A program made the position numbers and the translations under genes. A stretch of DNA of 64,000 nt from contig NC_058131.1 in NCBI RefSeq assembly GCF_016433145.1, positions 284,514,695 through 284,578,694 of the forward strand. Reading direction: 5' to 3'. Shown piece after piece: positions 12,442 through 24,968 of this stretch. The stretch is from Gracilinanus agilis (Eukaryota). The notes under the pieces are model-generated. The model made no database searches, was not told the DNA's origin, and saw nothing but the letters and a program-made list of their open reading frames with translations. How positions within the stretch are numbered: position 1 is the first letter of the stretch; every line of letters begins with the position of its first letter.

Positions 12442-12447
12442 TTTATT
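12442..12447 (-). other. COQ4: Candidate COQ4 poly(A) signal AATAAA
   Basis: First minus-strand AATAAA found, ~175 nt past the stop; another at 12123-12128. Confidence 0.45.
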
Positions 12448-12621
12448 CTCATATCTCTTTTAGGAGATAAAGAGACATACATATCCTTTTAAGATCATTT
12501 TGTTGAACTCCTTCATCTCCTTATCTGAGGTTAGATGTCCCTGGGTAAAGAGTGCAAAGGTTTAGGCAAGGAAGCCCTTTACCCAATGGAACAGAGGTTG
12601 AGATGGCATGAACTTGTTGGC

Positions 12622-12808
12622 TCAGAGCTTTGAGGATTGAGTAAAGCCTCTGTCCACAGTAGGGGGTAGAGTGATGCCTAGCTCCTCCCGAAGGGCTCTT
12701 AGGGGCTGCTCCCACCGTTGTTCATAGTAGAGGTTGAGGACGCATCGGGAGTTTTGACCATTCTGAACTGCCCAGGGAATCAGGTCTGACACCAACACTT
12801 TCAACTTT
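12622..12808 (-). CDS. COQ4: COQ4 coding exon 6 (last)
   Basis: Acceptor ctccacag|A; encodes [17 protein letters not shown]...[19 protein letters not shown]...SSKL*; TGA at 12624-12622. Confidence 0.96.
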
Positions 12809-13270
12809 CTGTGGAGACAAGGAAACATCCATTATGTCAACTCCAGCCCATTCTTGCCTCATGAGAATGTAAGATCCTTGAGGGTAAGAGCTCATGTTTT
12901 ACTCTCTACCCACAATGCTTAGCACACAGTTAACTGCTTAATAAAATCTTGTTGAATGACTACATCCTCAGGAGCAGCTAAAAAAATAATCCAACAAACT
13001 TCTAGGTCCAGGATAACTAACAAACTTGAAATCTCTTTGTTCTGGGATTGAGTGATCTACTGTAATGGGGCATCTCTTTGGCCCACCACACTCTCGTTCT
13101 TGAATATGACATCTGACTAGCTGCAAAGAGATTGCTAAATTCTGAGTGCAGGGACTAATGGGGCACTGGCTTCTCCTTCTATTTCCTGTCCCTCTGTACC
13201 CCCAGCTCTTCTTCCTGTTTGGACATGTATATAAGAGGTGTCACCTATACACCTATACAAAAGAACTTAC

Positions 13271-13364
13271 TTGGCACTGAGTCGGATGGGTCCAAAGGCA
13301 GCTCCTAGGACACACATGGGTAGGCCTGTCTGGATAGCTTCAAACCACTTGACCACAACTTCTC
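13271..13364 (-). CDS. COQ4: COQ4 coding exon 5 (94 nt)
   Basis: ttgtccag|GAGAAG...GCCAA|gtaagt; [32 protein letters not shown]. Confidence 0.97.
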
Positions 13365-14042
13365 CTGGACAAAAGGAAAAAAGTGAGTAGTGATAGGGAC
13401 ATGTTGTGTGTCCTACCACATATCACTAAGACAGGAGCTAACATGTGCAAGAAAAGCAAGCTACCACCTCTTCTCCTTAGCCCCTTATGGAGAGGGCCCA
13501 GAAACTTGAACCTCCAGACTACTGGTCCTGCTTCCATCTCAGGCCTTACCACCATCATTAAGGGGAGCAACAACTATGAAGAAGAGGCCTAGGATCACAT
13601 TTCTTTCCATCACCACTGCTGATCCACTGCCATCAACAAGCAGGCAGGCCCAGGGACCTGGGAAATGGCATTGTCCACACCCCCTACCCTAGCATCCTCC
13701 CACACCATCTCCTGGTTCTGCTTCTAGTCCAATTCTCAGGGTCTTTATCTCAGGAAGCAATACTATACTGGTTCCCCCATTTGATGTAAATTCCTTCAGA
13801 GTATGATGGTCTCTGTTTTCTATCTGTATCTTCAGTGCTTTGTATCTAGTAAACACCTAATAAATGTTAATTCATTCATTGATACTTAGGTTAGGCTGTA
13901 TAGCATGGAGGAGGTGGCATGGGCAAACTACTGGCTCCCTTCCTGGATCTGATACATTCATAGTTCTTGTCTCTTTGGATTGAGATGCTCCAAGAATACA
14001 GCCCATCCCAACTTCCCTTGGGCCCACCAGAATGGGTACTCA

Positions 14043-14222
<180 letters not shown>

Positions 14223-15681
14223 TCACATCAGCTTCCCTAGCCAGTCTTCTGGTAGGCCAACTCTTCACTATTTGGGGGCCCCAGCACTCTCTACACATGC
14301 ATACTAATTGAGAACATTTGCAGAAGTGAGCAAAGTCTACTATGACTATCTCAAGCACTGTTACTAGAGGTATATGAGCCTTAAGGATATCTTTAGAGTT
14401 ATTTCTATGGGAGAAGAAGGGTATTTAAATGTGGGAAGAGAATCATACTTTTTAGTCCCTGCCTCCAATACTTGTATCTAGATGAATTCGTGTTATAATG
14501 ACTATCGAAGGCATCACTGAAGGACAAAGGAAAAGTTCCAGAAGCCCTTTACAAACTGAAGGAAGACTGGGGTATTTAAGGAAGTAGGGTAGTTCCTCTG
14601 GTGATAACAAGGATGTGTATGACTTGATGAGGTGTAGATAAGTCAAAGGTCTTTTTTCTTTTTAGCATAAGCTCACTGAGCTGCTTCCTCCCTCTGCTAC
14701 TAGAGTCTTGTGTAGTCACTGTCAATCCACCATCAGCATCAAGCTAGAACCCTGAATGCTCGGAATCCTCCATATTCAGGCTAGAAATATCTGGTTTACT
14801 CTTCCCAGAAGGCACTTGATCCTCTGCTTGCACACAGGACAAGGATTTTCATTTGTTTAATTACTGCCCTTTGTGGATTATTTCCTCCATAGAGTTCTCC
14901 TGCTGGAGCAGAGGATCCAGCAGCTCTTTTAAGCTGTAAAGTGCTGGAGTCTTGTCTCCCAATGGACTGTTGGCAGTTCAATCCCCTCTCTTCAAAGCCA
15001 TTAGATTTAGACAAGAGACTCAGCAGAGGATGAACTCTTTTAGCCACAGCCTTCACAAAGGTGTGTGCAGGAATTATCAGTTGCATCACCTATACATGCT
15101 GATGAAATCACAGCTTCCTTTAGTATGGAAGGAAATTTTTTCTCTTCACTGTTAATTTGATTATCTCTAGGTCTTCTCAGTCAAAGCAGTCTCTGATTAT
15201 TTTAAGTTCTTAAGGAAAACTTAAAATTCCTTAATTTGCTTAGTGGAGTGCCAGAGGTATAAGCCTGATTAAACTTTCGATAATGATCCTTAATTCTGGA
15301 CTCCTTGAAGCAGGAATTGAACCTTGGGCTTAATCACCTTTAGGGCAATTTTGTTGCTCCATTCTTTGTGGGTTAGCAGGGCCTCAGGGCACAGTTGGGT
15401 CATAGCTAGTTGCTACAATAATGGGCTAGGGACTGGGTCAGAAGGCTATACCTTCTCTAAGTCCTTGACCCCAGAGAGCTCCCTGGGATACTTTCTTGAC
15501 AGGTGCCTCCATCAGAGAGACTAGGCTGGAAAATCATAATGTTGGAGAATTAGAGAAATCTTGTTTTCTAGATTTAAAAAAATTTAAGTGAAATCTGATA
15601 AAAGTGAATGTGAAAAGTAGCCTTGAGATTTAGGGTTAAGAAGGTTTTAGGAAGACACTAATGTATTGCTGGTAGAGTTAT

Positions 15682-16330
15682 AAATTAATCCAACCATTCT
15701 GGAAGGAAATTTGGAATTATGCCCAAAGGGCTTTAAAAGATTGCATGCTCTTTGATTCAGCCATACCACTACTGGGTTTGTACCCCAAAGAGATCATAAT
15801 GAAAAATATTTGTACAAAAATATTCATAGCTGCACTCTTTGTGGTGGCAAAAAATTGGAAAATGAGGGGGTGTCCATTGAATGGGGAATAGCTGAACAGA
15901 TTGTGGTATCTAATGTTGATGGAATATTATTGTTCTGAAAGGAATGATGACCTGGAGGTTTTCTATATGAACTGGAAGAACCTCTATGAACTGATGCAGA
16001 ATGAAATGAGCAGAAGAACCAGGAGAACATTGTACAAAGAAAGTAAAACATTGTGAAACTATCCAATGTAATGATCTTTACTACTAGTAGCAATACAATA
16101 ATCCAGAACACTCCTGAAGGACTTATGAGAAAGAATGCTATCCATAATGAGAAAAAGAACTGTGAGAGTAGAAATGCAAAAGAAAAATGTATAACATCAC
16201 TTATCACAGTTCTGGGAGGGGGGAGGGAAGAAGGGAGGGAAAGAAAATGAATCAAGTAAATATGGAAAAATATTTCTAAAATAAATTTTAAATAATTAAA
16301 AAATAAAGTTCCATTTGGCAAATTCCTAAA
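15682..16330 (+). mobile_element. L1 3' fragment (ORF2 end + 3'UTR)
   Basis: Reverse-complement match to 6520-7260; A-rich tail; bounds approximate. Confidence 0.8.
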
Positions 16331-17006
16331 AAAAGGAAAAAAAAGGAAAAGAAAAGAAAAAGGTGGTTTTAGGAGATCAAGGATATGTTAGGTCAAGAGG
16401 CTACTAGTAGCCTCAATGATTCTGAAGAGTAGGGGTGGGTAGGCAGTTAGATGGCTCAGTGGATATAGCTAGTTCCAGAAACAGGAGGTCCTGGATTCAA
16501 ATTTGACCTCAGACACTTTCTAGTTGTGTGACTCTGGGCAAGTCAGTTAATCCCCCATTGCCTAGCTCTTACTAATACACAGTAATGATTCTAAGATAGA
16601 AGGTAAGGGAAAAAAGGAGGGAGGGAGGGAAGAAAGGAGGGAGGAAAGAGTTGAGGACTAATATGCTTAGATTGACTATACTTGTATTCTCTTCTACTGG
16701 ACTGACTACCTCTTGAGTCACTGCCAGATTGGTGGGGGAGTAGAGGACGCAGAAATGACCTGAAGGCCATGTTATTAGGCTACTAATCTTCTTCTATCTT
16801 TGATAGAAGTTTTTATAGGCTACTGATCTGTTTGCTCACAACAAGATGACAAAACTTGGGTCTTCCAGGTCAAAAGGTGACGGTGCTAATAAAAATGACT
16901 CTCAGGATATTTCTATGATAGTTCCTGGTCGTTACCATGGTTCTGTCTTTACCTATTCCCACCATCCCCCAGGGCTCAATCACACACATACAGAATAAAT
17001 ACTCAC

Positions 17007-17109
17007 ATTAACATCAAGAAAGTGGGCATACTCCCAGCCAAAGGAGCCCTTCGGAAGTGTCCGGAGTTTGTTCAAGTCCAGGGTGGAAAGCTGGATCCGA
17101 GGCCGTTCC
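17007..17109 (-). CDS. COQ4: COQ4 coding exon 3 (103 nt)
   Basis: ccatag|GGAACGG...GTTAAT|gtgagt; [34 protein letters not shown]. Confidence 0.97.
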
Positions 17110-17205
17110 CTATGGAGTAGAAGGAAAGATGTAGGAGCTAGAATGCGTAAATTAAGGTGTGGATTAAAATACCAGACATGAATGACATGTAGAAAGCTTA
17201 TGTGA

Positions 17206-17405
17206 GGGAGTAGCTAGATGGCTGAGTAGATTGAGAGCCAGGCCCAGAGACGGGAGGTTCTGGGTTCAAATCTGACCTCAGACACTTCCTAGCTGTGTGA
17301 CCCTGGGCAAGTCACTTGACCCCCATTGCCTAGCCCTTATTGCTCTTCTGTCTTGAAACTAATACACAGTACTGATTTTAAGATGGAAGGTAAGAGTTTT
17401 TAAAA
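17206..17405 (+). mobile_element. SINE, older marsupial subfamily
   Basis: TSD AAAGCTTATGTGA at 17193-17205 / 17406-17418. Confidence 0.9.
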
Positions 17406-17570
17406 AAAGCTTATGTGAAATTGACAGCTAGATTAGGTCTTATAAGAGGATGAACTAGACAGAATTGGATCAACAGGAAGGTGGTCGTCTATACACATTT
17501 ATGGAGCTACTTTGTGCAGGGATACAAAGAAGTTTAGGATACTGACCCTGCCCTCAAGAAACTTTGGGGA

Positions 17571-17771
17571 GGGGCAGCTGGGTAGCTCAGTGGATTGAGA
17601 GCCAGGCCTAGAGACGGGAGGTCCTAGGTTCAAATCCGGCCTCAGACACTTCCCAGCTGTGTGACCCTGGGCAAGTCACTTGACCCCCATTGCCTACCCT
17701 TACCAATCTTCCACCTATAAGTCAATACACAGAAGTTAAGGGTTTAAAAAATTAAAAAACAAACAAAAAAA
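17571..17771 (+). mobile_element. Young SINE1_Mdo-like element
   Basis: TSD AAGAAACTTT(G/A)GGGA at 17556-17570 / 17772-17786; near-identical to the 9276 and 31286 copies. Confidence 0.92.
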
Positions 17772-19099
17772 AAGAAACTTTAGGGAGAAAAAAGGGTACA
17801 AATATGAAAAGATAATTAACAACAGAAGACAAGACAGTAGGAATAGTAGCAAGAGTTTAGATTCTGGAGAAAGTCAAATTTCACTTCCTATACTAACTAG
17901 TTGTACAACTATGAGCAAATTGTTTAAGCTCTCTGAGCCTCTTCTCATTTGTAAAATGGGAATCATAGTACTTGGCAGTAATTACTTCACATGGTTGCTA
18001 TGAAGATGAAATAAGACCATATGGGCAAATCTTGAATTGTTCCATAAAGGTCATTCATCACAATTATTCCAAGGCATTATAAATAAATATAATGTACATT
18101 TAAACTGCCACCTATCTTAGTATTGTGTCTGAGAAAATCGGCAAGGGCTAGGCAATCAGAGTTAAATGACTTGCCCAGGGTCACACAGCTAGGAAATGTC
18201 TGAGGTCAAATTTGAACCCAGGTCCCTCTGACTCCAGGCTGGGTGCTCTATCCATTCTGCTACCTAGCTGTCCTGGCATTATATATTTTAAATGTAAATT
18301 TAGTGGTACTAACAGTAAGCCCTTAAGAAGTTTAGGAATGGGAAAGAGACTGGAATGGTCAGGGAAAACTTCATAGAAGAGGTGTGACTTCAGCTGGGAC
18401 TTATAGGATATAAGAATAATTGGAAAAGAGAGTGAAGACCATTCCAGGAAATGTATACAGTATGGCTAAAGATGGGACATGTAAGAAGTAATAGAAAATA
18501 AGTCTGGAAAAGTAAGGAGTAGAGGGCCTTCCAAGACAAAAAAAAATCAAAATTTTAAAATTAAAGATGTTAAAATCAAGATTTTATCCTGTAATTTGTA
18601 CAACCCAGTGGAATTGCTTGTCGGCTGGGGCAGAAGAAGGGAGAGAAAGAAAATTAATCATGTAAATATGGAAAAATAGTTAAAAAATAAATTAAAACAA
18701 AAAAACAAACAAACAAAGATTTTATCCTGTAAGCACTGAAGAACCATTAGATGTTTCTATGCAGAGAAAATACTATAACGCATATAGCGATCCCATATGT
18801 AAGGGTCAGGACATGGGCAAGGCTGGAAGGAACCAGAGAAGTTATCTTATCCAACCCTCTTCTTTTACATATGAGTAATCGAGGCCAAGAAAGGCTAAGT
18901 GCATTGCCCAGAATTACACAGCTAGTAAGTGTCTAGGCCAGGATTTGAACCTCCATCTTCCTGACTTCAGGTTCAAAACTATGCACTATGACTATACCAT
19001 TTTGCTTTGGTTTAAGGGACATCAGAATTCTCATCCTATTCCCACCTCCAACCCCTTCAATTAAGTAAGATCCCATCCCAAGCCCAAGATGGGACCTAC

Positions 19100-19196
19100 T
19101 GCAGAATTTGGGCACCCTCGGGGTCCCTCCTCATCCGGTCCCTCAGTGCCTGCAGAGCTTGGTGTCCTGTAGTCTCACCCAAAACAGCAACCATGT
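19100..19196 (-). CDS. COQ4: COQ4 coding exon 2 (97 nt)
   Basis: cctttcag|ACATGG...CTGCA|gtaggt; [33 protein letters not shown]. Confidence 0.97.
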
Positions 19197-19751
19197 CTGA
19201 AAGGACATAAATTAGCATATGTGGAAAGAATGGGGGGAGTCTCTTAGTCAACTCAAAATGCTGTTGTGTATAGAATCCTGTAATAAGGTTTAAGGGAGGA
19301 AGTCAAGGTATTCCCAAACACTTATGTACAAGGCTCTAAGGATATAAAGATGAAAAATGACACTGATTATGCCTTCAAGAAATTTAAAAGAATTAAGACA
19401 AGTATACAAAAAAGTATAAAGCAGAATAGGATTATGTGAAAAGGAGAAAAATAGACAAAGTGAAATGAGAATTCTGAGGAAGGAAATACTACCACTTTCA
19501 GGTGGGAGGAAATGGCATTTAAGGAGGCTTCATGGAAGAAATAGTCCCCGAGATGAGCCTTAAAAGATAAAAAGAATTTTAACTGCAAGAAATGGGTTCA
19601 TGGCTAGGATACATTTATGGAGGTCTAAGACCTAAAATATAGTATAGTAGAGAGAGCACTCAACTAATAATCAAGGAACCTGGATCTGTCACTAATTCCT
19701 GGTGTGACTCTGGGCCAGGAACTCCACATGGGCCTCGATTTCCTAATTTTA

Positions 19752-19952
19752 TTTTTTTTAAACCCTCACGTTCTATCTTGGAGTCAATATTGTGTATTGG
19801 CTCCAAGGCAGAAGAGTGGTAAGGATAGGCAATGGGGGTCAAGTGACTTGCCTAGGGTCACACAGTTGGGAAGTGTCTGAGGCCAAGATTTGAATCCAGG
19901 ACCTCCTGTCTCTAAGCCTGGCTCTCGATTCACTGAGCTATCCAGCTGCCCC
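19752..19952 (-). mobile_element. SINE, older marsupial subfamily
   Basis: TSD CGATTTCCTAATTTTA at 19736-19751 / 19953-19968. Confidence 0.9.
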
Positions 19953-20289
19953 CGATTTCCTAATTTTAAAAATGAGAAGACTTAACTGGATGACCTCTAA
20001 AGGGCCTTTCAGCTCTCAAACTGTATAATTCAATCTATATTAAGATTTGGAAGAAACCTATACAATGAGAATCACTGGTTGGAAGTCAGTAAAGTAGAGT
20101 GGTAAAGAAGGCTAGAAATAGAAGGGCCTTTAGAAGTTATCTAATCCAACCTCATTTTACAGATAAGGGCTGGCAAGCAAGATACTAAAAACAGACAAGG
20201 CAGGCGTGACCTGGCTAGAACCTCAGTGATCATCTAATAGCATCTAATAGCAGGGTGTGGTAGAAAAAGCAATGGACTTGCTAGCACAC

Positions 20290-21760
20290 ATTCAGGACTG
20301 ATAAAAACATCTCAACACAAAGCAAGATTTACAAAAACAAAAGACTTGAATAATTAAAATTCAATGTTCATGGCTAGTCCATGCCAATATAATAAAAACA
20401 AGACTACTCAAATTACTTTTCAAATTTAGTACTCTATAAAATTACTAAAGGATACTTTATCGAAACAGACACAATAATAACAAAATTATGGAGTAATAAC
20501 AGGAATGGGATAGTAAAAACTATTGAAATAGAATAATGAAAATAGTAGGAAGGAGGGGCAACTTGGTGTTATCAAATCTTAAACTAAAGTATAAAAGTAA
20601 TAGTTATAAAAATGACCTGGTACAGGACAGAAAACAAGAGTAAGAACATAGAATTAGATCAGATAAGCAAGATCTAGAAAGAAAAGTATAGAGAGAGGTC
20701 TAGTGTTCCATAAATCCAGGAACACAAACTTGAGGAAAGTAGTCTGGTGAAAAATAATTTGAGATCAACATCTTATGCTTTATACAACGGTAACAAATGG
20801 ATAAGTATAAATCATGTATATTACATATTTAAAAATTCATACTTCTAAGAAATAAGAGAAATGAAGGTTTTAACTTTCATAATTATGAATAGGAGAAAAA
20901 CTGCAATCAGAAATGGCATAGAAGGGATTATAAAAGATAAAACAGATAATCTTAAATAAAGGACATTTAAAGCTTTTATAGGAATAAAACCAGTGCAGCC
21001 CAAATTAGAAAAAAAAGATACCAACTTGGGGGGCAATGTTTAAATTAAGTAAATGGCTAAAAGTATGACATACAAAATGCAAATTGAAATAAATATATAT
21101 TTCCCAAGTAGCTAAAGGATATGAACCAACAATTCTCAAAAGGAGGCATGTAAACTATTAATTATCTAAAATAGTATTCAGAATAATTAGAGAAATGTAA
21201 ACTAACACTCTGAGGCAGCAGTTCACACTCAAAGTGCCAAGATGCTAAAAGATTCTAAAGGGAATATTTATTGGTAGGGCCATAGGGAAGACACATTAAT
21301 TTACTGTTTGTGGAACTATGAATTGGTTCAGCCATTCTAAAAACAATTTAGAACTATTCAAGAAAAGTTACCAAGTTGTTTATACCTTCTGACCTAGAGA
21401 TTCTATTAGCAGGCCTATGGCTCAATGAGGATACTGACAGTAAGAAAAGACCCATATATACAAAAAATGTCGACAGCACTATTATTCATTATGATGGAAA
21501 TATGAAACAGAATAGGTAACCAAAGATTGGAAAATAGCTGAACAAACTGTGGCATAGGAATGTACTATTATATCTCATAGAAGACAAATGGGAAGAATTC
21601 AGGGGAAAACATAAAGACTTATGAAATCATACAGAGTAAATAAAGCATAGCCTGAAGAATGACTTTAAGTCACCAGAACAATGCCAATAAAATCAATATG
21701 GTAAGATAACATCATGGTGCATCATATCAATCAATGTTAATACCATCCTGTTAAAATTTA
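20290..21760 (+). mobile_element. Old degraded L1 ORF2 3' fragment
   Basis: A-rich, collinear with L1 ORF2 C-terminal sequence; no open frame; bounds approximate. Confidence 0.7.
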
Positions 21761-24244
21761 AGGACTCATTCCTATTGTCAACCTATCACCTAATAAGCAG
21801 TTTCAGGGGGAATGCTTATAGTAAGGGAGGTTTTTGGGTCGTTTAGAGCTCCAAATATATAATCAATCCTACATATCTTCAAGTATCTTCAAAACAAAAT
21901 GTACCAGGACATTTAAAAAAATTACTGGATTGAAATTCAAAGATCCAAGATTTGGCACGACTTTGCTCCAAATTACTTTCTCTTGTTCTGTTTCTCCATA
22001 AAATGAAGTTATTATGGGTGACTTCTGATTCTCTTTGTGTTCTAAAGGTTGCAATGGATGAGGCCTACTTGGACTTTGGGTATAGTCATTAGAGCAGGGT
22101 GCTGGCAAGTAGGATAAAAACTCAGAACATTAGTAACCTGCCCAGGGCTTTAGCAACTAAATACTGGCAGAGCACTCACTGGTCTGGTAATTGAGTGGCC
22201 TGTATGCTAACTAGTCCTAACTCTACAACTGACTTTGTAATTTTGAATAAAGTAACTCTTTTACTGAGCCATGGTATGAGGTTTTCATTATTTTTTTTAA
22301 ATCCTTTTACCTTTTTAGAATTGATACTAATTATAGATTTCAGGGCAGAAGAGTGGTAAAGACTAGGCAACTGGGGGTAAATAACTTGCTCAGGATCACA
22401 ACAGCTAGGAAGTATTTGAGTCCACATTTGAATTCAAATCCTCTTGACTCTAAGCCTAATGTTCTATCCACTAAACCACCTAGCTGTCCCTATTTGTTCT
22501 TTTATAAAATGATAAGACTAGATTAGATGATTTCTAAGGTTCTTCCCAGCTCTGACCTATAATTTTGACCTAAAGTTCATCTAATTAATACAATATATAA
22601 AATATCAACTTTTCTCCTTTTCCTTCTTTCTAACGAAAAATATAAACATTAAGTATTGAGAGTATATGGATTTAATTATCAAAATGGGCAAATGGATTTT
22701 TGTGGTTAGGCATAACTGAGTAGAGGAAATTATAAAATGCTGGTCCTATAAAACAGAACTTCTATAATAAGCATGGGATAGTAAGACCTGGGTTCTGGTC
22801 TTAATTCTTCCACTTACTGTGTGACTTTGAGCAAGCCACTTCCCCTTTTCTATACGTCTGTTTTTTCATCTGTAAAATGAGTATATATAGGGTTTCCATC
22901 TTATTCTACAGGTATTAGGATTCTATCCAGCTCTGAGCACTACTAGATAGGGGTAGGTAGAGGTTTAGGGATGTTAGCAAGGCAGAAGACTGACAAGCAG
23001 GATATTAAACAGGTCAAAAGTTATCTAACAATACCCTAGACTAGGAGTTGGGAAACCTGAATTTTAGTCCTGATTCTGCCACTAATTCAACGTATGACCT
23101 TCAGCATATTACTTCTCAGCTCTGGTTCTGTTCTTTCTTTTGTAAAATGAGATGTCCAAGGTCTCCTTCCGCTCTAAAAGTGGGGAAAAAACATTTCAAG
23201 GAGGGACAATGGATGGGATTAGGAGGTACTTAAACCTAGGAGGTAAGCAAAATAAGAGAGTATAGAGGATATAAAATCAGAATGTTAGGGAGCAACTGGG
23301 TGGATTGAAAGCCAGGCCTGCAGACAGGAGGTCCTAGGTTCAAATCTGGCCTCAAGATACTTCCTAGCTGTGTGACCCTGGGCAAGCCCCCCCACCCTAC
23401 CCCCCAATTGCCTAGCCTTTACTACTCTTCTGCCTCTGAACCAATACATAGTATTGATTCTAAGGTGGAAGGTAAGGGTTATTTTAAAAAAAAAATCAGA
23501 ATGTTAGAAGCAGAAGGAGCCTTTCAGATCTTGGAGACTAACCTTCTTATTTTACAGTTTTGTTGTGGAGAACAAGATATTAAGCAGAACACAATAGCCT
23601 CTTTCTTTCTTTGGGTCTGACTTCTTTTTTGCAAAATGGAGAGATTAGACAGGAAGATCTCCGAGTTTCATTCCAGGTCTAAAGGTGGGACCTGCTCAAG
23701 GATAGGGCCAAATGTGGGTCTTTGATTGAGAGGGAGAGGGTGGAGAAAGGGGCAGAAGACTTGGGTGCAGGCCATATATAATTGACAGAGATAAAGTGAT
23801 CCCCCAAGACACTAGTGGAACTGGAAATCGGGTGATTTTGTCTTGTTTTTGCTCCTACCCCAGAGGTTACTTTGCTATCGACTAGATTCCACCTCTCTAG
23901 GATCTAATTTTCCCATTTCTCAATAGAATGCACTAGATGAACTTATCTCTAAGATCCCTTTAAACAGGAAAATGCTCGACTTCTCCCTAGCTTGAGGATC
24001 AGCAGGGCAGGAGTCAAGGCATCGTAGTAAAATGGGAAAAGAGCCCCCTTTTGGAATCGGAAGAGCTGGGTTTGAATCCCAGATGTCACTTTACTTCCCG
24101 TGCAACTTTGGGAAAGTCTCTTGGCCCCTCTGAGTTCCCTTCTGCTCCATGTAAAACGAGGCGGGTGGGCACGATGCCCTCCGAGGTTCCCTCTCGTTCT
24201 CTGCCTACGATCGTAAAACGTTGGTAGGCTCTGGTCAGGCTTAC

Positions 24245-24461
24245 CGTGGCGGTAGGGGTCATAAAGCGCCATGCAGGCGGCACCGGCCGCCAGCAGCATC
24301 TTCTGCAGTGGGCTGGTGGGGATGTGGCCTGGGTAGAGCAGCCCCAGACCCGTGCTGCGGCCGCCGGGTAGAGTAGCCGAGTCCGAGGCGGGGCGAGGGG
24401 TTCCTAGCCGGGGTCGGGGTCGAAGGCCCCAGAGCCGCGACAGGCGTGATAGCGTCGCCAT
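24245..24461 (-). CDS. COQ4: COQ4 coding exon 1 (217 nt), including the mitochondrial targeting sequence
   Basis: ATG at 24461 in strong Kozak context (ACCATGG); [20 protein letters not shown]...[31 protein letters not shown]; donor CACG|gtaagc. The six exons sum to 828 nt = 275 aa + stop. Confidence 0.95.
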
Positions 24462-24868
24462 GGTAGCGGGCAGCAAGGGGGTGCGCCCCCTAGGAAAGGA
24501 AGGGCAAAGTCAAACCACCTCCGGACTAGCTGAGACGGAGCCGCGCAATGGCCAAAAGTAGTTTGATCGCGCTCGTCGGCTCTCAGTTATCCTCTTTTCT
24601 AATCTTCTGAGGGCTCTGCCGACTCTTCAGAGAGATACAGTCTCCTATGTATTTTACTCTATTACCGCAAACGTGGAAAGAGAATGAAGTAACGCTAGTT
24701 ATTTCCAGATAAAGCCAGTCCTATTTTCGTCGCGAGTCATGTTTCTCTCCGGAACAGTATAGAAAGGAACCACTTCTGACCTAGGAGTATGGCCGCGCCC
24801 ATTGAGGGAACCCATTTCCTAGGATGCTTGTTGCGTCACTTCCGGCGATTTCCTAGCGGAATGCCGAC
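24462..24868. promoter_or_regulatory. COQ4/TRUB2 bidirectional promoter
   Basis: 407 bp between divergent ATGs, CpG-rich; composite TTGCGTCACTTCCGG (ETS overlapping a CRE-like half site) at 24831-24845. Confidence 0.85.
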
Positions 24869-24968
24869 ATGGGTTGGAGTCGCCTGCATGGGCTATTCGC
24901 AGTCTACAAGCCCCCTGGCTTGAACTGGAAACATCTGCGAGATACTGTGGAGTTGCAGCTCCTGAAGG
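24869..24968 (+). CDS. TRUB2: TRUB2 exon 1 (100 nt coding)
   Basis: MGWSRLHGLFAVYKPPGLNWKHLRDTVELQLLK; donor AAGG|gtgaac. Confidence 0.95.

Noticed and set aside
23949-24244. 3' part of the 175-aa ORF that continues COQ4 exon 1
   Set aside because: Read-through past a canonical GTAAG donor into intron and MIR sequence; the spliced exon 2 restores COQ4 homology.
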